Assembly: GCA_002189035.1 (NCBI GenBank)
Contig: NEEC01000043.1
Span: forward strand, 1-32,834
DNA: 32,834 nucleotides
DNA from: Utricularia gibba
Taxonomy: Eukaryota > Plantae > Magnoliophyta
Direction of reading: 5' to 3'
The notes below the pieces were generated by a model. The model did not search any database and was not told the DNA's origin. It saw only the letters and a list, made by a program, of their open reading frames with translations. This document shows, one piece after another, positions 1 to 11,880 of the stretch; positions within the stretch are counted from its first letter, which is position 1; each line of letters begins with the position of its first letter. Position numbers and translations under genes: made by a program.

Positions 1-2192
1 TTGAGCAGGCGGTCTTTGGGTGCACCTGGAACGGGACAAAGGTAAAGTTTTGGCTTGCACCGAGAGTTAGTTGTAGTCCGGCAAATAAAGTGATGTATTT
101 ATTATCGTTCGGTTTTCGGGGGCTGCCTACATGGTTTTTCAAGGAACCGCTTCTCGTTTTGTGGCGGCCAGTCTCGCTGGGAACTTGGTCCTTGACCCGA
201 TTCTGTATGGCTCATGAGGTAACTGGATGCAAATCGATTAAAAAAAATGATGCATTTCTTTAAATTTGATGTCACGTGCACCCACATGATTTTTTCAACA
301 ACTTACTTTATACTTGAGCAGGCGGTCTTTGGGTGCACTGGAACGGGACAAAGGTAATGTTTGGCTTGCACGAGAGTTAGTTGTAGTCTGGCAAATAAAG
401 TGATGTATTTATTATCGTTCGGTTTTCGGGGCTGCCTACATGGTTTTTCAAGGAACCGCTTCTCGTTTTGTGGCGGCCAGTCTCGCTGGAACTTGGTCCT
501 TGACCCGATTCTGTATGGCTCATGAGGTCAACTGGATGCAAATCGATTAAAAAAAATGATGCATTTGTTTAAATTATGATGTCACGTGCACCCCACATGA
601 TTTTTTCAACAACTTACTTTATACTTGAGCAGGCGGTCTTTGGGTGCACCTGGAACGGGACAAAGGTAAGTTTGGCTTGCACCGAGAGTTAGTTGTAGTC
701 CGGCAAATAAAGTGATGTATTTATTATCGTTCGGTTTTCGGGGGCTGCCTACATGGTTTTTCAAGGAACGCTTCTCGTTTTGTGGCGGCCAGTCTCGCTG
801 GGAACTTGGTCCTTGACCCGATTCTGTATGGCTCATGAGGTCAACTGGATGCAAATCGATTAAAAAAAATGATGCATTTGTTTAAATTATGATGTCACGT
901 GCACCCACATGATTTTTTCAACAACTTACTTTATACTTGAGCAGGCGGTCTTTGGGTGCACCTGGAACGGGACAAAGGTAAGGTTTGGCTTGCACCGAGA
1001 GTTAGTTGTAGTCCGGCAAATAAAGTGATGTATTTATTATCGTTCGGTTTTTCGGGGGCTGCCTACATGGTTTTTCAAGGAACCGCTTCTCGTTTTGTGG
1101 CGGCCAGTCTCGCTGGGAACTTGGTCCTTGACCCCGATTCTGTATGGCTCATGAGGTCAACTGGATGCAAATCGATTAAAAAAATGATGCATTTTTTAAA
1201 TTATGATGTCACGTGCACCCCACATGATTTTTTCAACAACTTACTTTATACTTGAGCAGGCGGTCTTTGGGTGCACCTGGAACGGGACAAAGGTAATGTT
1301 TGGCTTGCACCGAGAGTTAGTTGTAGTCCGGCAAATAAAGTGATGTATTTATTATCGTTCGGTTTTCGGGGGCTGCCTACATGGTTTTTCAAGGAACCGC
1401 TTCTCGTTTTGTGGCGGCCAGTCTCGCTGGGAACTTGGTCCTTGACCCCGATTCTGTATGGCTCATGAGGTCAACTGGATGCAAATCGATTAAAAAAAAT
1501 GATGCATTTGTTTAAATTATGATGTCACGTGCACCCCACATGATTTTTTCAACAACTTACTTTATACTTGAGCAGGCGGTCTTTGGGTGCACCTGGAACG
1601 GGACAAAGGTTGGCTTGCACCGAGAGTTAGTTGTAGTCCGGCAAATAAAGTGATGTATTTATTATCGTTCGGTTTTCGGGGGCTGCCTACATGGTTTTTC
1701 AAGGAACCGCTTCTCGTTTTGTGGCGGCCAGTCTCGCTGGGAACTTGGTCCTTGACCCCGATTCTGTATGGCTCATGAGGTCAACTGGATGCAAATCGAT
1801 TAAAAAAAATGATGCATTTGTTTAAATTATGATGTCACGTGCACCCACATGATTTTTTCAACAACTTACTTTATACTTGAGCAGGCGGTCTTTGGGTGCA
1901 CCTGGAACGGGACAAAGGTAATGTTTGGCTTGCACCGAGAGTTAGTTGTAGTCCGGCAAATAAAGTGATGTATTTATTATCGTTCGGTTTTCGGGGGCTG
2001 CCTACATGGTTTTTCAAGGAACCGCTTCTCGTTTTGTGGCGGCCAGTCTCGCTGGGAACTTGGTCCTTGACCCCGATTCTGTATGGCTCATGAGGTCAAC
2101 TGGATGCAAATCGATTAAAAAAAATGATGCATTTGTTTAAATTATGATGTCACGTGCACCCCACATGATTTTTTCAACAACTTACTTTATAC

Positions 2193-2350
2193 TTGAGCAG
2201 GCGGTCTTTGGGTGCACCTGGAACGGGACAAAGGTAATGTTTGGCTTGCACCGAGAGTTAGTTGTAGTCCGGCAAATAAAGTGATGTATTTATTATCGTT
2301 CGGTTTTCGGGGGCTGCCTACATGGTTTTTCAAGGAACCGCTTCTCGTTT
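2193..2350 (+). repeat. Subunit A (~158 bp) of the dimeric monomer
   Basis: Its first 54 nt match subunit B at 30/54 positions without gaps at an offset of exactly 158. Three further shared blocks lie at offsets of 158-159. Confidence 0.85.
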
Positions 2351-2508
2351 TGTGGCGGCCAGTCTCGCTGGGAACTTGGTCCTTGACCCCGATTCTGTAT
2401 GGCTCATGAGGTCAACTGGATGCAAATCGATTAAAAAAAATGATGCATTTGTTTAAATTATGATGTCACGTGCACCCCACATGATTTTTTCAACAACTTA
2501 CTTTATAC
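2351..2508 (+). repeat. Subunit B (~158 bp) of the dimeric monomer
   Basis: tgtatggct (2396) vs tgtttggct (2238); aaaatgatgcattt (2437) vs aaagtgatgtattt (2278); acatgattttttcaa (2479) vs acatggtttttcaa (2320). Confidence 0.85.
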
Positions 2509-2533
2509 TTGAGCAGGCGGTCTTTGGGTGCAC
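2470..2533. repeat. 8-bp perfect inverted repeat (gtgcaccc ... gggtgcac) with a 48-nt spacer, present in each intact monomer
   Basis: Arms at 2470-2477 and 2526-2533; each arm contains the palindrome GTGCAC. Confidence 0.75.
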
Positions 2534-5500
2534 CTGGAACGGGACAAAGGTAATGTTTGGCTTGCACCGAGAGTTAGTTGTAGTCCGGCAAATAAAGTGA
2601 TGTATTTATTATCGTTCGGTTTTCGGGGGCTGCCTACATGGTTTTTCAAGGAACCGCTTCTCGTTTTGTGGCGGCCAGTCTCGCTGGGAACTTGGTCCTT
2701 GACCCCGATTCTGTATGGCTCATGAGGTCAACTGGATGCAAATCGATTAAAAAAAATGATGCATTTGTTTAAATTATGATGTCACGTGCACCCCACATGA
2801 TTTTTTCAACAACTTACTTTATACTTGAGCAGGCGGTCTTTGGGTGCACCTGGAACGGGACAAAGGTAATGTTTGGCTTGCACCGAGAGTTAGTTGTAGT
2901 CCGGCAAATAAAGTGATGTATTTATTATCGTTCGGTTTTCGGGGGCTGCCTACATGGTTTTTCAAGGAACCGCTTCTCGTTTTGTGGCGGCCAGTCTCGC
3001 TGGGAACTTGGTCCTTGACCCCGATTCTGTATGGCTCATGAGGTCAACTGGATGCAAATCGATTAAAAAAAATGATGCATTTGTTTAAATTATGATGTCA
3101 CGTGCACCCCACATGATTTTTTCAACAACTTACTTTATACTTGAGCAGGCGGTCTTTGGGTGCACCTGGAACGGGACAAAGGTAAGTTTGGCTTGCACCG
3201 AGAGTTAGTTGTAGTCCGGCAAATAAAGTGATGTATTTATTATCGTTCGGTTTTCGGGGGCTGCCTACATGGTTTTTCAAGGAACCGCTTCTCGTTTTGT
3301 GGCGGCCAGTCTCGCTGGGAACTTGGTCCTTGACCCCGATTCTGTATGGCTCATGAGGTCAACTGGATGCAAATCGATTAAAAAAAATGATGCATTTGTT
3401 TAAATTATGATGTCACGTGCACCCCACATGATTTTTTCAACAACTTACTTTATACTTGAGCAGGCGGTCTTTGGGTGCACCTGGAACGGGACAAAGGTAA
3501 TGTTTGGCTTGCACCGAGAGTTAGTTGTAGTCCGGCAAATAAAGTGATGTATTTATTATCGTTCGGTTTTCGGGGGCTGCCTACATGGTTTTTCAAGGAA
3601 CCGCTTCTCGTTTTGTGGCGGCCAGTCTCGCTGGGAACTTGGTCCTTGACCCGATTCTGTATGGCTCATGAGGTCAACTGGATGCAAATCGATTAAAAAA
3701 AATGATGCATTTCTTTAAATTATGATGTCACGTGCACCCCACATGATTTTTTCAACAACTTACTTTATACTTGAGCAGGCGGTCTTTGGGTGCACCTGGA
3801 ACGGGACAAAGGTAATGTTTGGCTTGCACCGAGAGTTAGTTGTAGTCCGGCAAATAAAGTGATGTATTTATTATCGTTCGGTTTTCGGGGCTGCCTACAT
3901 GGTTTTTCAAGGAACCGCTTCTCGTTTTGTGGCGGCCAGTCTCGCTGGGAACTTGGTCCTTGACCCGATTCTGTATGGCTCATGAGGTCAACTGGATGCA
4001 AATCGATTAAAAAAAATGATGCATTTGTTTAAATTATGATGTCACGTGCACCCCACATGATTTTTTCAACAACTTACTTTATACTTGAGCAGGCGGTCTT
4101 TGGGTGCACCTGGAACGGGACAAAGGTAATGTTTGGCTTGCACCGAGAGTTAGTTGTAGTCCGGCAAATAAAGTGATGTATTTATTATCGTTCGGTTTTC
4201 GGGGGCTGCCTACATGGTTTTTCAAGGAACCGCTTCTCGTTTTGTGGCGGCCAGTCTCGCTGGGAACTTGGTCCTTGACCCGATTCTGTATGGCTCATGA
4301 GGTCAACTGGATGCAAATCGATTAAAAAAAATGATGCATTTGTTTAAATTATGATGTCACGTGCACCCCACATGATTTTTTCAACAACTTACTTTATACT
4401 TGAGCAGGCGGTCTTTGGGTGCACCTGGAACGGGACAAAGGTAATGTTTGGCTTGCACCGAGAGTTAGTTGTAGTCCGGCAAATAAAGTGATGTATTTAT
4501 TATCGTTCGGTTTTCGGGGGCTGCCTACATGGTTTTTCAAGGAACCGCTTCTCGTTTTGTGGCGGCCAGTCTCGCTGGGAACTTGGTCCTTGACCCCGAT
4601 TCTGTATGGCTCATGAGGTCAACTGGATGCAAATCGATTAAAAAAAATGATGCATTTGTTTAAATTATGATGTCACGTGCACCCCACATGATTTTTTCAA
4701 CAACTTACTTTATACTTGAGCAGGCGGTCTTTGGGTGCACCTGGAACGGGACAAAGGTAATGTTTGGCTTGCACCGAGAGTTAGTTGTAGTCCGGCAAAT
4801 AAAGTGATGTATTTATTATCGTTCGGTTTTCGGGGCTGCCTACATGGTTTTTCAAGGAACCGCTTCTCGTTTTGTGGCGGCCAGTCTCGCTGGGAACTTG
4901 GTCCTTGACCCCGATTCTGTATGGCTCATGAGGTCAACTGGATGCAAATCGATTAAAAAAAATGATGCATTTGTTTAAATTATGATGTCACGTGCACCCC
5001 ACATGATTTTTTCAACAACTTACTTTATACTTGAGCAGGCGGTCTTTGGGTGCACCTGGAACGGGACAAAGGTAATGTTTGGCTTGCACCGAGAGTTAGT
5101 TGTAGTCCGGCAAATAAAGTGATGTATTTATTATCGTTCGGTTTTCGGGGGCTGCCTACATGGTTTTTCAAGGAACCGCTTCTCGTTTTGTGGCGGCCAG
5201 TCTCGCTGGGAACTTGGTCCTTGACCCGATTCTGTATGGCTCATGAGGTCAACTGGATGCAAATCGATTAAAAAAAATGATGCATTTGTTTAAATTATGA
5301 TGTCACGTGCACCCCACATGATTTTTTCAACAACTTACTTTATACTTGAGCAGGCGGTCTTTGGGTGCACCTGGAACGGGACAAAGGTAATGTTTGGCTT
5401 GCACCGAGAGTTAGTTGTAGTCCGGCAAATAAAGTGATGTATTTATTATCGTTCGGTTTTCGGGGGCTGCCTACATGGTTTTTCAAGGAACCGCTTCTCG

Positions 5501-8472
5501 TTTTGTGGCGGCCAGTCTCGCTGGGAACTTGGTCCTTGACCCCGATTCTGTATGGCTCATGAGGTCAACTGGATGCAAATCGATTAAAAAAAATGATGCA
5601 TTTGTTTAAATTATGATGTCACGTGCACCCCACATGATTTTTTCAACAACTTACTTTATACTTGAGCAGGCGGTCTTTGGGTGCACCTGGAACGGGACAA
5701 AGGTAATGTTTGGCTTGCACCGAGAGTTAGTTGTAGTCCGGCAAATAAAGTGATGTATTTATTATCGTTCGGTTTTCGGGGGCTGCCTACATGGTTTTTC
5801 AAGGAACCGCTTCTCGTTTTGTGGCGGCCAGTCTCGCTGGGAACTTGGTCCTTGACCCGATTCTGTATGGCTCATGAGGTCAACTGGATGCAAATCGATT
5901 AAAAAAAATGATGCATTTCCACACCCCACATGGAGCAGGCGGTCTTTGGGTGCACCTGGAACGGGACAAAGGTAATGTTTGGCTTGCACCGAGAGTTAGT
6001 TGTAGTCCGGCAAATAAAGTGATGTATTTATTATCGTTCGGTTTTCGGGGGCTGCCTACATGGTTTTTCAAGGAACCGCTTCTCGTTTTGTGGCGGCCAA
6101 ACTTACCCCGATTCTGTATGGCTCATGAGGTCAACTGGATGCAAATCGATTAAAAAAAATGATGCATGATGTCACGTGCACCCCACATGATTTTTTCAAC
6201 AACTTACTTTATACTTGAGCAGGCGGTCTTTGGGTGCACCTGGAACGGGACAAAGGTAATGTTTGGCTTGCACCGAGAGTTAGTTGTAGTCCGGCAAATA
6301 AAGTGATGTATTTATTATCGTTCGGTTTTCGGGGGCTGCCTACATGGTTTTTCAAGGAACCGCTTCTCGTTTTGTGGCGGCCAGTCTCGCTGGGAACTTG
6401 GTCCTTGACCCGATTCTGTATGGCTCATGAGGTCAACTGGATGCAAATCGATTAAAAAAAATGATGCATTTGTTTAAATTATGATGTCACGTGCACCCCA
6501 CATGATTTTTTCAACAACTTACTTTATACTTGAGCAGGCGGTCTTTGGGTGCACCTGGAACGGGACAAAGGTAATGTTTGGCTTGCACCGAGAGTTAGTT
6601 GTAGTCCGGCAAATAAAGTGATGTATTTATTATCGTTCGGTTTTCGGGGCTGCCTACATGGTTTTTCAAGGAACCGCTTCTCGTTTTGTGGCGGCCAGTC
6701 TCGCTGGGAACTTGGTCCTTGACCCGATTCTGTATGGCTCATGAGGTCAACTGGATGCAAATCGATTAAAAAAAATGATGCATTTGTTTAAATTATGATG
6801 TCACGTGCACCCCACATGATTTTTTCAACAACTTACTTTATACTTGAGCAGGCGGTCTTTGGGTGCACCTGGAACGGGACAAAGGTAATGTTTGGCTTGC
6901 ACCGAGAGTTAGTTGTAGTCCGGCAAATAAAGTGATGTATTTATTATCGTTCGGTTTTCGGGGGCTGCCTACATGGTTTTTCAAGGAACCGCTTCTCGTT
7001 TTGTGGCGGCCAGTCTCGCTGGGAACTTGGTCCTTGACCCCGATTCTGTATGGCTCATGAGGTCAACTGGATGCAAATCGATTAAAAAAAATGATGCATT
7101 TGTTTAAATTATGATGTCACGTGCACCCCACATGATTTTTTCAACAACTTACTTTATACTTGAGCAGGCGGTCTTTGGGTGCACCTGGAACGGGACAAAG
7201 GTAATGTTTGGCTTGCACCGAGAGTTAGTTGTAGTCCGACAATAAACTTGGTCCTTGATTCTGTATGGCTCATGAGGTCAACTGGATGCAAATCGATTCG
7301 GTTTGATTTTTTCAACAACTTACTTTATACTTGAGCAGGCGGTCTTTGGGTGCACCTGGAACGGGACAAAGGTGTTTGGCTTTTAGTTGTAGTCCGGCAA
7401 ATAAAGTGATGTATTTATTATCGTTCGGTTTTCGGGGGCCTACATCAAGTTCTCGTTTTGTGGCGGCCAGTCTCGCTGGGAACTTGGTCCTTGACCCCGA
7501 TTCTGTATGGCTCATGAGGTCAACTGGATGCAAATCGATTAAAAAAAATGATGCATTTGTTTAAATTATGATGTCACGTGCACCCCACATGATTTTTTCA
7601 ACAACTTACTTTATACTTGAGCAGGCGGTCTTTGGGTGCACCTGGAACGGGACAAAGGTAATGTTTGGCTTGCACCGAGAGTTAGTTGTAGTCCGGCAAA
7701 TAAAGTGATGTATTTATTATCGTTCGGTTTTCGGGGGCTGCCTACATGGTTTTTCAAGGAACCGCTTCTCGTTTTGTGGCGGCCAGTCTCGCTGGGAACT
7801 TGGTCCTTGACCCGATTCTGTATGGCTCATGAGGTCAACTGGATGCAAATCGATTAAAAAAAATGATGCATTTGTTTAAATTATGATGTCACGTGCACCC
7901 CACATGATTTTTTCAACAACTTACTTTATACTTGAGCAGGCGGTCTTTGGGTGCACCTGGAACGGGACAAAGGTAATGTTTGGCTTGCACCGAGAGTTAG
8001 TTGTAGTCCGGCAAATAAAGTGATGTATTTATTATCGTTCGGTTTTCGGGGGCTGCCTACATGGTTTTTCAAGGAACCGCTTCTCGTTTTGTGGCGGCCA
8101 GTCTCGCTGGGAACTTGGTCCTTGACCCCGATTCTGTATGGCTCATGAGGTCAACTGGATGCAAATCGATTAAAAAAAATGATGCATTTGTTTAAATTAT
8201 GATGTCACGTGCACTGGAGCAGGCGGTCTTTGGGTGCACCTGGAACGGGACAAAGGTAATGTTTGGCTTGCACCGAGAGTTAGTTGTAAAATAAAGTGAT
8301 GTATTTATTATCACATGGTTGGAACCGCTTCTCGTTTTGTGGCGGCCAGTCTCGCTGGGAACTTGGTCCTTGATGATGGCTCACGGATGCAAATCGATTA
8401 AAAAAAATGATGCATTTGTTTAAATTATGATGTCACGTGCACACATGATTTTTTCAACAACTTACTTTATAC

Positions 8473-11400
8473 TTGAGCAGGCGGTCTTTGGGTGCACCTG
8501 GAACGGGACAAAGGTAATGTTTGGCTTGCACCGAGAGTTAGTTGTAGTCCGGCAAATAAAGTGATGTATTTATTATCGTTCGGTTTTCGGGGGCTGCCTA
8601 CATGGTTTTTCAAGGAACCGCTTCTCGTTTTGTGGCGGCCAGTCTCGCTGGGAACTTGGTCCTTGACCCCGATTCTGTATGGCTCATGAGGTCAACTGGA
8701 TGCAAATCGATTAAAAAAAATGATGCATTTGTTTAAATTATGATGTCACGTGCACCCCACATGATTTTTTCAACAACTTACTTTATACTTGAGCAGGCGG
8801 TCTTTGGGTGCACCTGGAACGGGACAAAGGTAATGTTTGGCTTGCACCGAGAGTTAGTTGTAGTCCGGCAAATAAAGTGATGTATTTATTATCGTTCGGT
8901 TTTCGGGGGCTGCCTACATGGTTTTTCAAGGAACCGCTTCTCGTTTTGTGGCGGCCAGTCTCGCTGGGAACTTGGTCCTTGACCCGATTCTGTATGGCTC
9001 ATGAGGTCAACTGGATGCAAATCGATTAAAAAAAATGATGCATTTGTTTAAATTATGATGTCACGTGCACCCCACATGATTTTTTCAACAACTTACTTTA
9101 TACTTGAGCAGGCGGTCTTTGGGTGCACCTGGAACGGGACAAAGGTAATGTTTGGCTTGCACCGAGAGTTAGTTGTAGTCCGGCAAATAAAGTGATGTAT
9201 TTATTATCGTTCGGTTTTCGGGGGCTGCCTACATGGTTTTTCAAGGAACCGCTTCTCGTTTTGTGGCGGCCAGTCTCGCTGGGAACTTGGTCCTTGACCC
9301 CGATTCTGTATGGCTCATGAGGTCAACTGGATGCAAATCGATTAAAAAAAATGATGCATTTGTTTAAATTATGATGTCACGTGCACCCCACATGATTTTT
9401 TCAACAACTTACTTTATACTTGAGCAGGCGGTCTTTGGGTGCACCTGGAACGGGACAAAGGTAATGTTTGGCTTGCACCGAGAGTTAGTTGTAGTCCGGC
9501 AAATAAAGTGATGTATTTATTATCGTTCGGTTTTCGGGGGCTGCCTACATGGTTTTTCAAGGAACCGCTTCTCGTTTTGTGGCGGCCAGTCTCGCTGGGA
9601 ACTTGGTCCTTGACCCGATTCTGTATGGCTCATGAGGTCAACTGGATGCAAATCGATTAAAAAAAATGATGCATTTGTTTAAATTATGATGTCACGTGCA
9701 CCCCACATGATTTTTTCAACAACTTACTTTATACTTGAGCAGGCGGTCTTTGGGTGCACCTGGAACGGGACAAAGGTAATGTTTGGCTTGCACCGAGAGT
9801 TAGTTGTAGTCCGGCAAATAAAGTGATGTATTTATTATCGTTCGGTTTTCGGGGGCTGCCTACATGGTTTTTCAAGGAACCGCTTCTCGTTTTGTGGCGG
9901 CCAGTCTCGCTGGGAACTTGGTCCTTGACCCGATTCTGTATGGCTCATGAGGTCAACTGGATGCAAATCGATTAAAAAAAATGATGCATTTGTTTAAATT
10001 ATGATGTCACGTGCACCCCACATGATTTTTTCAACAACTTACTTTATACTTGAGCAGGCGGTCTTTGGGTGCACCTGGAACGGGACAAAGGTAATGTTTG
10101 GCTTGCACCGAGAGTTAGTTGTAGTCCGGCAAATAAAGTGATGTATTTATTATCGTTCGGTTTTCGGGGGCTGCCTACATGGTTTTTCAAGGAACCGCTT
10201 CTCGTTTTGTGGCGGCCAGTCTCGCTGGGAACTTGGTCCTTGACCCCGATTCTGTATGGCTCATGAGGTCAACTGGATGCAAATCGATTAAAAAAAATGA
10301 TGCATTTGTTTAAATTATGATGTCACGTGCACCCCACATGATTTTTTCAACAACTTACTTTATACTTGAGCAGGCGGTCTTTGGGTGCACCTGGAACGGG
10401 ACAAAGGTAATGTTTGGCTTGCACCGAGAGTTAGTTGTAGTCCGGCAAATAAAGTGATGTATTTATTATCGTTCGGTTTTCGGGGGCTGCCTACATGGTT
10501 TTTCAAGGAACCGCTTCTCGTTTTGTGGCGGCCAGTCTCGCTGGGAACTTGGTCCTTGACCCCGATTCTGTATGGCTCATGAGGTCAACTGGATGCAAAT
10601 CGATTAAAAAAAATGATGCATTTGTTTAAATTATGATGTCACGTGCACCCCACATGATTTTTTCAACAACTTACTTTATACTTGAGCAGGCGGTCTTTGG
10701 GTGCACCTGGAACGGGACAAAGGTAATGTTTGGCTTGCACCGAGAGTTAGTTGTAGTCCGGCAAATAAAGTGATGTATTTATTATCGTTCGGTTTTCGGG
10801 GGCTGCCTACATGGTTTTTCAAGGAACCGCTTCTCGTTTTGTGGCGGCCAGTCTCGCTGGGAACTTGGTCCTTGACCCGATTCTGTATGGCTCATGAGGT
10901 CAACTGGATGCAAATCGATTAAAAAAAATGATGCATTTGTTTAAATTATGATGTCACGTGCACCCCACATGATTTTTTCAACAACTTACTTTATACTTGA
11001 GCAGGCGGTCTTTGGGTGCACCTGGAACGGGACAAAGGTAATGTTTGGCTTGCACCGAGAGTTAGTTGTAGTCCGGCAAATAAAGTGATGTATTTATTAT
11101 CGTTCGGTTTTCGGGGGCTGCCTACATGGTTTTTCAAGGAACCGCTTCTCGTTTTGTGGCGGCCAGTCTCGCTGGGAACTTGGTCCTTGACCCCGATTCT
11201 GTATGGCTCATGAGGTCAACTGGATGCAAATCGATTAAAAAAAATGATGCATTTGTTTAAATTATGATGTCACGTGCACCCCACATGATTTTTTCAACAA
11301 CTTACTTTATACTTGAGCAGGCGGTCTTTGGGTGCACCTGGAACGGGACAAAGGTAATGTTTGGCTTGCACCGAGAGTTAGTTGTAGTCCGGCAAATAAA

Positions 11401-11880
11401 GTGATGTATTTATTATCGTTCGGTTTTCGGGGGCTGCCTACATGGTTTTTCAAGGAACCGCTTCTCGTTTTGTGGCGGCCAGTCTCGCTGGGAACTTGGT
11501 CCTTGACCCCGATTCTGTATGGCTCATGAGGTCAACTGGATGCAAATCGATTAAAAAAAATGATGCATTTGTTTAAATTATGATGTCACGTGCACCCCAC
11601 ATGATTTTTTCAACAACTTACTTTATACTTGAGCAGGCGGTCTTTGGGTGCACCTGGAACGGGACAAAGGTAATGTTTGGCTTGCACCGAGAGTTAGTTG
11701 TAGTCCGGCAAATAAAGTGATGTATTTATTATCGTTCGGTTTTCGGGGGCTGCCTACATGGTTTTTCAAGGAACCGCTTCTCGTTTTGTGGCGGCCAGTC
11801 TCGCTGGGAACTTGGTCCTTGACCCGATTCTGTATGGCTCATGAGGTCAACTGGATGCAAATCGATTAAAAAAAATGATG
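8473..11880. repeat. Highly homogeneous block of about 11 monomers
   Basis: Copies differ only in the gacccga/gaccccga C-run. Confidence 0.9.

Larger units (their letters stand above)
2193..2508 (+). repeat. Reference consensus monomer (316 bp), from ttgagcaggcggtctttgggtgcacctgg to caacaacttactttatac
   Basis: Intact copy matching its neighbours. Hand count: G79, C62, A74, T101 (44.6% GC), 14 CpG. Confidence 0.97.
1252..5917. repeat. Highly homogeneous block of about 15 monomers
   Basis: Differences are almost all homopolymer length (C3/C4, G4/G5), plus a few small indels (about 1608, 3185) and one G>C change at 3713. Confidence 0.9.

Noticed and set aside
2230-2238. Splice-donor-like AAAG|GTAATG suggesting a spliced-leader RNA gene array
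   Set aside because: I recognise no known spliced-leader exon or canonical Sm site, and the motif is short enough to be chance.
2213-2311. CENP-B box (tggaacggga at 2219; ttcggttttcggg at 2299)
   Set aside because: The first matches only 6 of the 9 core positions of TTCGnnnnAnnCGGG. The second has a 5-nt rather than 7-nt spacer.
2386-2391. C3/C4, G4/G5 and A7/A8 length differences treated as monomer subtypes
   Set aside because: They are homopolymer-length changes scattered without order, which is the typical long-read error mode.
2193-2508. Viroid-like or hammerhead-containing circular RNA
   Set aside because: The size is compatible, but the hammerhead core CUGA is absent from both strands of the consensus and I see no rod-like self-complementarity. 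A folding run and a ribozyme covariance-model search would be the formal test.
2193-2508. 5S rRNA, tRNA or snRNA tandem gene unit
   Set aside because: No recognisable RNA gene sequence or Pol III A/B boxes. The lone octamer is not accompanied by an identifiable snRNA coding region.
2193-3141. Endless ORF running through consecutive monomers
   Set aside because: 316 is not a multiple of 3, so such an ORF would pass through all frames, and the ORF track shows nothing longer than 132 aa.
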